Below are positions 32,829 to 42,493 of a stretch of 64,000 bases of DNA, in pieces. The stretch covers positions 239,816-303,815 of the forward strand of contig CAVYRJ010000008.1 of the NCBI GenBank assembly GCA_963770935.1, written 5' to 3'. Position numbers and translations under genes: made by a program. Origin of the DNA: Candidatus Bathyarchaeota archaeon (GTDB taxonomy: Archaea > Thermoproteota > Bathyarchaeia > Bathyarchaeales > Bathycorpusculaceae). The notes below the pieces were generated by a model. The model saw only the letters and a list, made by a program, of their open reading frames with translations, did not search any database and had not been told where the DNA came from. Each line of letters opens with the position of its first letter. Within the stretch, counting starts at the first letter, position 1.

Positions 32829-33139
32829 GCAAACCGCAAAAATTGTTGGCTCTAAAAACCAACCTATTCTCTTTTTTTAATTTACTACAGAAGTCGAAGA
32901 AAGGGTATCAGTTTGTAATGCACAAATTAAACTGTGATATTGAACGTCAAATGGTTTGTTGCACTTTGACTCATATATTTCGGCGTAAGGAAAAAAATGA
33001 TTTTCTTTCTAGAAATTACTGCAAAATCTTTTTTTCCGAAGTTGCTGGTTTAGTTTTTGCATTTTTGCAGAAGCTTTTTTATTAGAATTTATAGGGTGGG
33101 TTGTTATCTGAATCTAACAATTAGGAGGGCTACTGTACA

Positions 33140-34003
33140 TTGGAAGAGGTAATTACGATCCGAAACTTGACAAAGAAGTACAATGATGTTTGTGCTGTAG
33201 AAAATTTGAATCTCGGTGTAAATTCTGGTGAAATCTTTGGTTTTCTTGGACCGAACGGAGCGGGTAAAACGACGACTATACGTGTTCTAACTACGTTGAC
33301 TAAACCCTCTTCAGGATCTATTTGGATTTCTGGATTTGAAGTAGAAAAAGAACCCGGGAAAGTCAAAGAACTAATTGGAGTAGTGCAGCAGCACTTAACG
33401 TTTGATTTAGACTTGAACTTAAGGGAAAACATGGAGCTTCATGCCCGCTTGCATCATATCTCCTCAAGCGAACGCAAACAACGAGTTGCTGAACTCCTTG
33501 AATTTGTTGGTTTAGCCAATCAGAGTGAAAAGATGGTTGAAGAATTGTCAGGGGGGATGAAGAAAGCTGCAATGATTGCTCGCGCTTTAATACATAAGCC
33601 AAAATTGCTTTTCCTCGATGAACCTACAGTAGGGTTGGATGTTCAGGTTAGACGGCGGATGTGGGATTTGATTCGCAGTTTAAGTCGAAACGGCACAACA
33701 ATTTTTTTGACTACTCATTACATCGAGGAAGCGGAAGCGTTGTGCCAAAGAGTTGGCATCGTTCACCAAGGACACTTGATTGCGTTGGGAAAGCCCTCGG
33801 AACTGCGACAAACAGTTGGTATGGTGACCGTTGAGGTTCTCGTTGATGGTGCCTTTACACGTTATGAACATTTTGCTGATCGCGAGGCTGCCACCCGTTA
33901 TGTCCAGAGCCTTTCTTCCGACGCTGGAACTATTATAATTCGTGATTCAAGCCTTGAAGATGTGTTTGTTGAATTAACAGGGAAGAAGGTAGGTGAAGGT
34001 TAA
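33140..34003 (+). CDS. ABC-2 exporter ATPase (DrrA/NodI-like)
   Basis: GPNGAGKTT, LSGGM, LDEPTVGLD, TTHYIEEAE, SLEDVF. Confidence 0.9.
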   Translation: MEEVITIRNLTKKYNDVCAVENLNLGVNSGEIFGFLGPNGAGKTTTIRVLTTLTKPSSGSIWISGFEVEKEPGKVKELIGVVQQHLTFDLDLNLRENMELHARLHHISSSERKQRVAELLEFVGLANQSEKMVEELSGGMKKAAMIARALIHKPKLLFLDEPTVGLDVQVRRRMWDLIRSLSRNGTTIFLTTHYIEEAEALCQRVGIVHQGHLIALGKPSELRQTVGMVTVEVLVDGAFTRYEHFADREAATRYVQSLSSDAGTIIIRDSSLEDVFVELTGKKVGEG

Positions 34004-34753
34004 GTGCTGCAAACTCTTCGAGACATATACGCTGTCGTGTGGGTTGACCTGCGTTTTCTAAGACGCAACTTGGGCAAAACTATGGCTTTAACGTTGGTTG
34101 CGCCTATTCTGTATCTTTTGGCGTTTGGGTATGGCTTGGGAAGAGGTGCTAGTATTGAGGGTTTTAGTTATCTTCAATTTGTTATTCCTGGAATCTTGGC
34201 GCTTACGGCAATGACAACGGCTTTTAATACTTCAGGGTTGAAGCTTCATGTGGATCGCTTATTCTTCAAGTGTTTTGATGAAACTTTGATGTCGCCGGTT
34301 AGTGCTTTTTCAATAATTACAGGTAAGGCTCTGATTGGGGTGGTTCGTGGGCTTTTGAGTTCAGCGGCTCTGCTTTTGGCATGCCTTGTTTTTTCTCCTC
34401 TGCCTGCGGTAAGTTTGCTCTTTCCGCTAAGTCTAGTCGTGACTTGTTTTGCATTTTCGTTTTTGGGTGTAATTGTTGCTTTGTTAGCTAAGACCCATCA
34501 GGACATGACTTTGTTTATGAGTCTGGTTGTTCTACCTATGGCTTTTCTGAGCGGTACTTTCTTTTCCCTAAGTCAAGTTCCAGAAGCATTAAGCATCATC
34601 CTTTCTATATCGCCATTAACCCATGCCTGTCTTTGTCTGCGAGCTTCCGCCCTTGGACAACCGTTCCCATGGGGGTCTCTTTTAGTTCTAATAGGTTTTG
34701 GAGTTGCATTCTTTGTTCTTTGTTTTGCTGCTCTTAAAAAATCCAATAAATGA
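34004..34753 (+). CDS. ABC-2 exporter permease
   Basis: YLQFVIPG, FLSGTFF, SPLTH; multiple TM helices. Confidence 0.88.
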   Translation: MLQTLRDIYAVVWVDLRFLRRNLGKTMALTLVAPILYLLAFGYGLGRGASIEGFSYLQFVIPGILALTAMTTAFNTSGLKLHVDRLFFKCFDETLMSPVSAFSIITGKALIGVVRGLLSSAALLLACLVFSPLPAVSLLFPLSLVVTCFAFSFLGVIVALLAKTHQDMTLFMSLVVLPMAFLSGTFFSLSQVPEALSIILSISPLTHACLCLRASALGQPFPWGSLLVLIGFGVAFFVLCFAALKKSNK

Positions 34754-34799
34754 CAATTTCCAAACTGGAATGAACCAGAAAAAATCAATCACAACTCTA

Positions 34800-35498
34800 C
34801 TAAAGCAATGCATAGACAATAATTAAGATGCCGAAAACGATGCTTATTGAACCTGTTAAGGCTTTAATTATTTTGTGTACTTTCTCAAGATTTGACGCTG
34901 TATAAGCTATAACGGAGCCTACTAAGCAGGCAATGCCAATCATACCTAAGATTACACCCACTCCAAAAAGACAGATGAAAACCAAACCTACCCCGACTGA
35001 ATTCACAGTTGATAATGTTACTAACATTAAAGCGGCGCTGCCTCCGAGTCCCTGCAGAGCGCCTGTAAGCGCTGACTTACGCAAGTGAGCATGTCCATGA
35101 TGGTTATCTTTGGTGTGGTCGTGTGGATGTGAATGCGGATGCAATTGCGGGTGGGAATGGGTATGTTCATGATTAATTTGGTCAGGACGGATTCTTTCGG
35201 CAATTAACGGTCTAATTACAAGTGCACCGAGAATTATCAGCAAAACTCCAGCGGCTGAATCGAACAGTCTGAGGACGGATTGGGGAATTACCAAGCTAAG
35301 AGTGAGGACAAGTAATCCAATTATAAACAGCACCGTTGAATGCCCAACACCCCAAACAGTTGCTGAAGTGATGGATTTGCGGATACTCTTATTATTGCAT
35401 AATAAAGTAGAAACAGCAACAACATGGTCTGGATCAAGCGAATGCGCGAAACCTAACCCTATTCCCGTTAGAAGGATAAAGATTATTGACAAATCCAT
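34800..35498 (-). CDS. Ni/Co permease (NiCoT/UreH-like)
   Basis: HSLDPDH signature, WGVGH, His-rich loop, GLGGS. Confidence 0.78.
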   Translation of the reverse strand: MDLSIIFILLTGIGLGFAHSLDPDHVVAVSTLLCNNKSIRKSITSATVWGVGHSTVLFIIGLLVLTLSLVIPQSVLRLFDSAAGVLLIILGALVIRPLIAERIRPDQINHEHTHSHPQLHPHSHPHDHTKDNHHGHAHLRKSALTGALQGLGGSAALMLVTLSTVNSVGVGLVFICLFGVGVILGMIGIACLVGSVIAYTASNLEKVHKIIKALTGSISIVFGILIIVYALL

Positions 35499-35556
35499 AG
35501 GTAACGCATACCATTTGATGGAACAGTAATACTTTTCTATACTTTAAAAGTAATAC

Positions 35557-36672
35557 TCATAAAGAGTAAGTGTTATTTGAGCAGGCTTTATTGAGGACAG
35601 CTCGCAAGACACATTTTGAAAATGGACCTAGTTGCGCTTCGTCTCCGGGCTTTATTTTGTTGAAGGCAAATTCTGAAAAATCATCCGAAGAGCACCTCAC
35701 CGCTGATTGAACAATCGCCTCAAACGAAACTTGATCTACCGTGTCAGCTGTTTTTTTAGGGATTAAACCTTTCGCTAAATCTTCATCAAGTCTAAGAGCT
35801 GCGATAACAAGCGACGCGATTTTCCCATCAAACAGGATCGATTCAAATTGTTTCCGAAGTTGCTGGAACTCAGAGCTTTCACTAGTTATCATTCCATCAG
35901 AAACCTGAGAAATAACCGTTTCAAGAGATAGACATCTATCCGTCAACCTTTCAACAAGAGGTCGGTTTGGCGAAATATTTTCTTGCTTGTAAATGGCCGT
36001 TTTCACACCCTCCCGTACACACCGCCCAATTAACTCGCCCAGAATTGTGAAGGTTCCAGCATACTGTATTGGTTCGCCTTTTTTGGTGCAACATACTGCA
36101 ACGCTATCTGTCAATGTCCCGGTGGCGAGGTCGCCCGAAAAACGACTTCTAATATCTAATTCTCGTATGGCAACAGTTTTTGCTTCGGTAGCTGTTTTAA
36201 CAGCTTCAACCATGCAACCTTCAGTTAAGTTACCGTCAACAAGTATTATGATGTTTATAGTGCCGATTTTTTGGAGTTGACTACTCCTTGAAGCTGCCGG
36301 TTCACCAGCTGTAACCGCAACAGTGGCCCCAGCCGTCACAAAAACTGTCAAAGTTACGCCATCATACTTTTCCGTGAGTGCAACTACGTTTTTCATCTGG
36401 GCAGCAGTCATTAACCCGACCACTTTGTCATTTGGCAGCTGTAGCCCTTGCACTACTTTTTTCAAGAAAGCTTCGGGACCGCTCCAGTGCATATCGTTCA
36501 TGTGGCTTCCAGAGCCTTCAGGAACCTGGACGTTAATTATTCCATTCGCCTCAATCAAACCACCATTCAAAAGGGCAGAACTAAGAATCTTCAAAGGCGT
36601 TTTAGACCAGATAACGAGGGTTTGGTTTTTGATTTCAGCGTTAATGTTTTCGATTTCAACATTCAATTTCAT
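35557..36672 (-). CDS. cbiZ: Adenosylcobinamide amidohydrolase with C-terminal CobZ-like extension
   Basis: LSSA..NGG, GLMTAA, TAG, GTINII, TEAK, ATGTLTD. Confidence 0.85.
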   Translation of the reverse strand: MKLNVEIENINAEIKNQTLVIWSKTPLKILSSALLNGGLIEANGIINVQVPEGSGSHMNDMHWSGPEAFLKKVVQGLQLPNDKVVGLMTAAQMKNVVALTEKYDGVTLTVFVTAGATVAVTAGEPAASRSSQLQKIGTINIIILVDGNLTEGCMVEAVKTATEAKTVAIRELDIRSRFSGDLATGTLTDSVAVCCTKKGEPIQYAGTFTILGELIGRCVREGVKTAIYKQENISPNRPLVERLTDRCLSLETVISQVSDGMITSESSEFQQLRKQFESILFDGKIASLVIAALRLDEDLAKGLIPKKTADTVDQVSFEAIVQSAVRCSSDDFSEFAFNKIKPGDEAQLGPFSKCVLRAVLNKACSNNTYSL

Positions 36673-36801
36673 GCAGTAGGCCTGCTTTTAAATTTGAATG
36701 GAAGTTGAATTTTTGGTTATATAAGGCTTGGCTTGGAATACACTTTTCAAGCTTCCTGTATTTGCTTGAAGTTCAAGCGGATATACAAACAAAAGAATTG
36801 T

Positions 36802-37434
36802 CTAATCTATTAAGAGCAAAGCGAAGGTTTCTGGATTCTTTTCAAAAGGCAAGGTAAACTTAAAGCCAGCTTTTTCCGCAGTTGCTTTAACATTAACTCC
36901 GACACCTTCCTCTGAGTAACGTTTCATCGTTGGATGGATGCAGATTCCTTTTTCCACGTTGCATTTTTCGCATATATGACATGCTCCAGAGACCAAGCCT
37001 ACAGCAAGCAGAAAGCCGTCTTTAGCAGCTGTTTTTTCGAGTTCATGAACAATTTCAAGCAATTTTTTCATCTCATCCTCCCAGCCAGACCAGAATTTTT
37101 CAACTTTCAATTTCATCTCGGCGGAGACAGAGGGGTCATCAGCTTTGGAAAGGTACTTTATAAGTTCTGAATCTCCTTCGACCTGCGTTTTGAACTTCAT
37201 GAACATGGCATAATGGTATTCGCTGACGATTTTTCGAAATTCTTCTGGTGTGGGAGCATAAGGGGGGCATGCTAAGGTTTTTCCGTATTTTTCGCAGCCT
37301 AGTTTGCATTTGAAAACAACACGATCTTCGATGACAATTCTTTCGACGGGAATTATCTTTGCTTCTACAGCACCAAATTCTACTGCTCGTTTTCTAAGGA
37401 AATCAAGCGAATCCATCTTAGCACTTTTTGTCAT
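36802..37434 (-). CDS. DUF2284 Cys-rich predicted metal-binding protein
   Basis: KCKLGC..YGKTLACPP, GACHICEKC..CIHP..RYSEEGVGV. Confidence 0.82.
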   Translation of the reverse strand: MTKSAKMDSLDFLRKRAVEFGAVEAKIIPVERIVIEDRVVFKCKLGCEKYGKTLACPPYAPTPEEFRKIVSEYHYAMFMKFKTQVEGDSELIKYLSKADDPSVSAEMKLKVEKFWSGWEDEMKKLLEIVHELEKTAAKDGFLLAVGLVSGACHICEKCNVEKGICIHPTMKRYSEEGVGVNVKATAEKAGFKFTLPFEKNPETFALLLID

Positions 37435-37440
37435 GTCAAC

Positions 37441-38556
37441 TCACCATCTAAACCTTTGATCAATTGCCAACCGTGCGGGGCGGTAAACACATGCTGGGTC
37501 CTGGTTTAAGCTGCCTTTGCTATAGATGTAAGCGCGGGCGCGGCAGCCACCACAGATAATTTTGAACTCGCAGGCGCCACATTTGCCCTTCAGGTTATTG
37601 CGGTCTGCCAAGGTTCTAATTTTTTCGGATGTGCGCATTCGATCCATGATTTGCTGAATGCTATCGGTTCTTATATCGCCGAATTCTAAGTTTAGTGGGG
37701 CGCATGCATAGGCTTTTCCGTCTTCTAGAATTTCTAACCACTCGTATTTTGTTAGGTTGTCGCACATGCTGCATGTGCTTCTTAATTCCCGCCATGGCTC
37801 CTTTGTCTTCAGCAAGCGGTTGTTGAACATTTCATATGGAACTATGAGGATTTTGTCCTGGATTTTCTTGTTAAGTTCGTAGATTTCGTTTAGTTGATTT
37901 TCCCTTTGTTGTGGCGTCGGTTCCAGCGGACCTAGAATCTTTAGTTGGTTTTCAACGTCTATCGGTTGCGGAATTAGCGATGCAAGATGGAAGCTTCGTG
38001 CTCCTAAATCCATGGCAAGCTTAACTAAAGCTGAAACTTGGTTAGCAACATACTTTGTGTTGATAACGCTTATGGCAAATGGAATATCAAATTCTTTGCA
38101 TAAATTAACAGCGTTAATACTATCGTCAAATGCGCCTTCCCCACGCAGTTTAGCGTCCGTTTCCTTTAGCCCTGCAAAGCAGATAATAGCCTTACAGTTC
38201 GCTGCAGCAAGTTCCTTTGCAACTTTTTCGGTAAAGTGCCAACCGGTAACTTTTACGTAAGGCGACAACTTTAACTCTGCAACGTAGCGAATTAGCTCTA
38301 TGAAGTCCTCACGCATCAGGGGTTCGCCAGTCCAGCCAGCGCCAGAAATGAACAGGTTATCGACTCCGAAGTCTGCTACTTTCTTTAGCATAACTTTTGC
38401 TTCAGTGGTGGTAAGCTCGTTTGGCAGAGGCTTTCCATCACCGAGCGAAAATGCATGCTTTACATGATACGCTCGGGTGCAAGACCATATAAAGTGGTCT
38501 AATCTTTTGCCACGTTTTTCGGCGCCAAAAACTAGTTTCTGGTCTACTTGCGACAA
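37441..38556 (-). CDS. Radical SAM/SPASM-like protein lacking the CX3CX2C motif
   Basis: NELT, GEPLMRED, LRGEGAF; SPASM KCGACEFKIICGGCRARA..DPAC; N-terminal TRAYHVKHAFS. Confidence 0.8.
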   Translation of the reverse strand: MSQVDQKLVFGAEKRGKRLDHFIWSCTRAYHVKHAFSLGDGKPLPNELTTTEAKVMLKKVADFGVDNLFISGAGWTGEPLMREDFIELIRYVAELKLSPYVKVTGWHFTEKVAKELAAANCKAIICFAGLKETDAKLRGEGAFDDSINAVNLCKEFDIPFAISVINTKYVANQVSALVKLAMDLGARSFHLASLIPQPIDVENQLKILGPLEPTPQQRENQLNEIYELNKKIQDKILIVPYEMFNNRLLKTKEPWRELRSTCSMCDNLTKYEWLEILEDGKAYACAPLNLEFGDIRTDSIQQIMDRMRTSEKIRTLADRNNLKGKCGACEFKIICGGCRARAYIYSKGSLNQDPACVYRPARLAIDQRFRW

Positions 38557-39918
38557 CTAATTTCCATCCTTGGGATGACGCTGACGCATAAATATTTTGG
38601 CAGCTTCTTTTATGTGACCTGGAATATCGACGTTCCCTCGTTTACGCAGTTCAATTAAATCATGCGTGGCGTTAACTAGCGTCGGCAGCTCGGAGGCATG
38701 CTTGATAAATATGGCACCAAGCTTTTTCAAATCCGCGAATATGGCGGTTGCTTTGCCATCGGTGAAATCTCGACCTTCTATGGGCACTTCATCGATAACG
38801 TAGGTTCGGATGCCCTGATTAACAGCTTCAAGTGCAGCCTCTAAGTTAGCAAGGTTACCGTAGCCAAATGGAACGGAAGTTATGACAACAATAGCGGCTC
38901 TATTTACCATTTCCAGATTTTCGCGCTTACTTTGTTCGGTTATAGGCGAAAAAGGTGCTTCGCTTATTGTGGGGATTTTGAGGAGTTCAGCTGTCTCATA
39001 ATCAGTGTCTAGCATGTTAAGTACGCCAGCGGTCACTATGTAACCTTCGTCGACCAAAGCTTTCATTATCAAGGTTCCAGTGCCTGCTCCACAGATAAGA
39101 TGGATGGCGCATTTGCGTTCCAAAGAAGGTTTCTGAGGAGACAGCGGAATGATGTAAGGTGAATTTGTGACTGGGCTTTTTTTGACGATGGCGTCAACGT
39201 GAAAGACACTCTTTATGTTTTCACTCGTCAAAACTTGTTCGAGGGTTCCTGCAGCAAAAACCTTAGAATTTTTTAGAAGAATAGCAGAGGTGCAGTAGCG
39301 TGCTGCCAAATTCAAGTCGTGAATAACTGCCAAAACAATCAAGTGTTCCTTGGCGCATAGTTCCTTAACTAAATCCATAATTTCTAACTGGTTTATCATA
39401 TCCAAGTGCGTTAGGGGTTCATCAAGCAACAAAACCTGCGGCTCCTGAGCTAACGCACGGGCGATGACTACTCGTTGTTTTTCTCCACCGCTTAACTCAT
39501 TTATGGGTCTATCCGCTAGATGCCAAGTGTTGGTTCGGTTCATCGCTTTTCTAACAATGGTCATATCTTTTTCTGATTCCATCTGGAACCGTTTCATGTG
39601 GGGGTTTCGACCCATCAGAACAATATCTAAGGCGGTGAAGCTGAAGCCGATGTTGCTTTCCTGAGGAACGATGGCCATGTGCTTTGCAAGGTCAACGCTT
39701 TTCATGCTGTAAATGTCGGTTTTATCGAGAAGTATTGTGCCTTTGTAGGGTTTGAGGGTTCTGCTGATGCTTTTTAGCAACGTAGTTTTCCCTGAACCGT
39801 TTGGTCCAAGAATACCTACGAAGTCACCTTCGTTAACAGACAGGCTAACATTCTCTAAGATTTTAACTGAACCATAGCGGCATTCGACTCCATCGACACT
39901 AAGTAATACCATGTCCAA
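38557..39918 (-). CDS. btuD: Cobalamin/iron-chelate ABC ATPase with archaeal C-terminal extension
   Basis: GPNGSGKTT, LSGGEKQR, LDEP, HDLNLA; HLICGAGTG extension. Confidence 0.85.
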   Translation of the reverse strand: MDMVLLSVDGVECRYGSVKILENVSLSVNEGDFVGILGPNGSGKTTLLKSISRTLKPYKGTILLDKTDIYSMKSVDLAKHMAIVPQESNIGFSFTALDIVLMGRNPHMKRFQMESEKDMTIVRKAMNRTNTWHLADRPINELSGGEKQRVVIARALAQEPQVLLLDEPLTHLDMINQLEIMDLVKELCAKEHLIVLAVIHDLNLAARYCTSAILLKNSKVFAAGTLEQVLTSENIKSVFHVDAIVKKSPVTNSPYIIPLSPQKPSLERKCAIHLICGAGTGTLIMKALVDEGYIVTAGVLNMLDTDYETAELLKIPTISEAPFSPITEQSKRENLEMVNRAAIVVITSVPFGYGNLANLEAALEAVNQGIRTYVIDEVPIEGRDFTDGKATAIFADLKKLGAIFIKHASELPTLVNATHDLIELRKRGNVDIPGHIKEAAKIFMRQRHPKDGN

Positions 39919-39928
39919 TCATTACATC

Positions 39929-41011
39929 CTACAGTGAGTAACTTGTTTTTCTTTTCCTTAGCAGATAGATAAAGAATGGGGTTCCAGCCAAAGCAGTTAT
40001 GACGCCGACGGGCAACTCAGAAGCCCCAGTTGCTACACGCGCAACAGAATCGCAGAGTATAAGGAATATTGCTCCGACAATTGCAGAGGTAGGCAAAAGA
40101 ATCCTGTGGTCAGGTCCAATGACAAGTCGTGTCATGTGAGGAATAATGAGACCTACAAATCCGATAACCCCACTGATAGAAACTACAGCTCCAGTTATTA
40201 AAGAGCCTATGAGTAGAAGAATTTGCCGTACTCTTTCCGTGTTAACTCCCAAATGTTGCGCGGTGTCATCACCCATCGAAAGCATGTTGAGGTCTTTTGT
40301 GAAGAAATATGCAAGGATCGTTCCAGTTAATACGAACGGAAAAACAACGTAAATGTGGGTCCATGTAATGTTTGAGAATCCGCCAGCTATCCAGGCAACA
40401 ATACCAATGAGCGCCTTGCCTGAGCGTAATTCGAAAACTGTTTGCAACGCCAAAATAAATATGTTCACAACTATTCCAGACAGCAGAAGCGTAGTTATCG
40501 GAACCTTGTTTCCTACACGTGACATGAAATAGACAAGAAAAACCGTTAAAACAGCACCCAAAAAAGCAACTATTTGAAAAATCCCAAGCCCAAAGAAATT
40601 GAGGACTAGCGAGCCAGCAAATAATGCAGCTAAGGTGTAACCGAAAGATGCTCCCGCTGAAGCCCCTAAAAGGTAGGAGTCAGCCATTGGGTTTCTGAAG
40701 ACGCCTTGATACATAACTCCAGCTGCAGCTAAGCCGGCGCCAACTAGAGCACCTGCAAGTATTCGGGGTAGACGGATTTGAAGAATTATTGCTTCGTTAA
40801 CAGTGGTGATAGATGAGGAGTTGACATACTGGTTTAGAAAGGGAATTTGCTTGCCTAATATGGTGAGGATATCTGAGAAGTTGATCGGAGCGAAGCCTAT
40901 ATTTAGGCAAAGAACCACAACGGCTGCAAGCAACGCTATCAAAAGTAAGACAATTAGCTTCCATCTTTTCGAACGTTTGGAATATTTCTCTTTAACTTTA
41001 TCTTGCATCAT
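39929..41011 (-). CDS. btuC: Cobalamin ABC permease (FecCD family)
   Basis: IRLPRI, FRNPMAD, GFVGLIIPH, LPVGVIT. Confidence 0.88.
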   Translation of the reverse strand: MMQDKVKEKYSKRSKRWKLIVLLLIALLAAVVVLCLNIGFAPINFSDILTILGKQIPFLNQYVNSSSITTVNEAIILQIRLPRILAGALVGAGLAAAGVMYQGVFRNPMADSYLLGASAGASFGYTLAALFAGSLVLNFFGLGIFQIVAFLGAVLTVFLVYFMSRVGNKVPITTLLLSGIVVNIFILALQTVFELRSGKALIGIVAWIAGGFSNITWTHIYVVFPFVLTGTILAYFFTKDLNMLSMGDDTAQHLGVNTERVRQILLLIGSLITGAVVSISGVIGFVGLIIPHMTRLVIGPDHRILLPTSAIVGAIFLILCDSVARVATGASELPVGVITALAGTPFFIYLLRKRKTSYSL

Positions 41012-41031
41012 ATATTAACACAGAAAAAGGG

Positions 41032-42009
41032 TTAGGGAGAATTAAAAAGTTCTGGGTAGAACGCTTTGGCAGCAGCTGCAATTTGGTCACCGATTCGTGG
41101 TCCAGCTTCGGCGAAGAGGTCCCCGCTAACGATAATTACGCGATCGTTTTGTATTGCGCTTATTGAACTCCAGCCTGGTCTCGCTTTAACGTCGTCTATG
41201 GTTCCATAGAATGGGGCTTCCCCTGTGTTTGCCATTTGAGAGGGCAGAAGTATAACATCAGGGTTCTTTTGGACAATTGTCTCGGAACTGATTACAGGAT
41301 ACTGTTGGCTTTCGTCCCCAAAGATGTTAATTCCTCCAGCCTTCACAATCACATCATTTATGAACGAAGTACCACCAGCAGACATCAGTGGAGGAGTCCA
41401 GACTTCATAGTAAACTTTTGGTTTAGGCAAGTTAGCGTCTGCTATTTTAGCTTCTATGGCGCTAATTTGACTGTTTAGAGAATTCACTAACGTTGCCGCA
41501 TTTTGGTCTGCGCCTGTTGCTTTACCAACCATTGTAATGTCTTTGAGTATGCCGTTGACGTCATTAGGGTTGAGAACCAGAACGTTATAGCCTAGGTTTC
41601 TTAGCGTGACAACATCTGGATCGTTAACGGGTGTGGCAAGAATCAGATCTGGGTTCAGTGATGCGATAGTTTCTTTGTTAGGTGTTGAGAAGCCTCCGAT
41701 GCTTGTCATGTTGCCTGCTTCAATCCAGGCGGAGAAGTTGTAAGGGTAATGGTCGTAGTCCGTTACGCCAACAACTTTGTCGCCAACACCTACTGCAAAG
41801 AGGATTTGGGTGTTGCTAGGAGCAAGTGAAATAATTCGTTGGGGAACCGAGGTTAAGTTGGTTGTGTAGCCTTCGTCATCGATAACCGATATGTTTTTTT
41901 GAGTATTTGTTTGGTTAGCTGCGTTGTAGTTGTTGAAGATGAAAGCGGCGGAAACGACTGAGATAATGATTATTGCTGTTGCAATATAGAGTGCGTATTT
42001 TTTGTTCAT
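41032..42009 (-). CDS. btuF: Cobalamin-binding protein
   Basis: PQRIISLAPSNTQIL, VVGVTDYD, GPR; N-terminal anchor; cbiZ context. Confidence 0.82.
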   Translation of the reverse strand: MNKKYALYIATAIIIISVVSAAFIFNNYNAANQTNTQKNISVIDDEGYTTNLTSVPQRIISLAPSNTQILFAVGVGDKVVGVTDYDHYPYNFSAWIEAGNMTSIGGFSTPNKETIASLNPDLILATPVNDPDVVTLRNLGYNVLVLNPNDVNGILKDITMVGKATGADQNAATLVNSLNSQISAIEAKIADANLPKPKVYYEVWTPPLMSAGGTSFINDVIVKAGGINIFGDESQQYPVISSETIVQKNPDVILLPSQMANTGEAPFYGTIDDVKARPGWSSISAIQNDRVIIVSGDLFAEAGPRIGDQIAAAAKAFYPELFNSP

Positions 42010-42283
42010 TTCCTTTATACCCCTTATTAGCTGGATGGATTATCCACCCAATATATAAACCTTAACTAGCCACTCACAAAAAAACACAGCATCATTCAGC
42101 AGACCAATCCATCAATTCTCCAATGTTTAACGTATCAAAATAAAGGGCATTATAACTGACAGTTATCACAATGAATTTTTGATGTTGTTGCTGTATCGGT
42201 ACAGCCACTCACGTTTAAGAAGGATATCGCTAACCATTAAAATAGTTTAGTTGATCAGATTTTGATCGATAGGAGGTGGATTT

Positions 42284-42487
42284 ATGGAAGCAACAGAGAA
42301 GAGTGGTAAAGTAAAATTTACTTTTGAAATGGAGTTAAACCAGCCTATAATGGAGCTAGTTAGGCAAGACATTGATATGATGATGGATTTAGCTTCTCAG
42401 GGTGCGGACATTTGGAGGAAAAATATGGGTGAGAGAAGAAAGCAAGGACACGGTATGGGCATGATGATGCACAAAGGGCAAGAATAA
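42284..42487 (+). CDS. Small Met-rich hypothetical protein
   Basis: Strong GGAGGTGG RBS, 67 aa. Confidence 0.6.
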   Translation: MEATEKSGKVKFTFEMELNQPIMELVRQDIDMMMDLASQGADIWRKNMGERRKQGHGMGMMMHKGQE

Positions 42488-42493
42488 ACTTGC

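Noticed and set aside
32843-33085. 80-aa ORF between the surface protein and ABC ATPase
   Set aside because: Spans a T-rich terminator/promoter region with low-complexity Phe/Lys translation
42010-42283. Cobalamin riboswitch upstream of btuF
   Set aside because: TATA box lies about 45 nt from the start, leaving no room, and no B12-box consensus is seen
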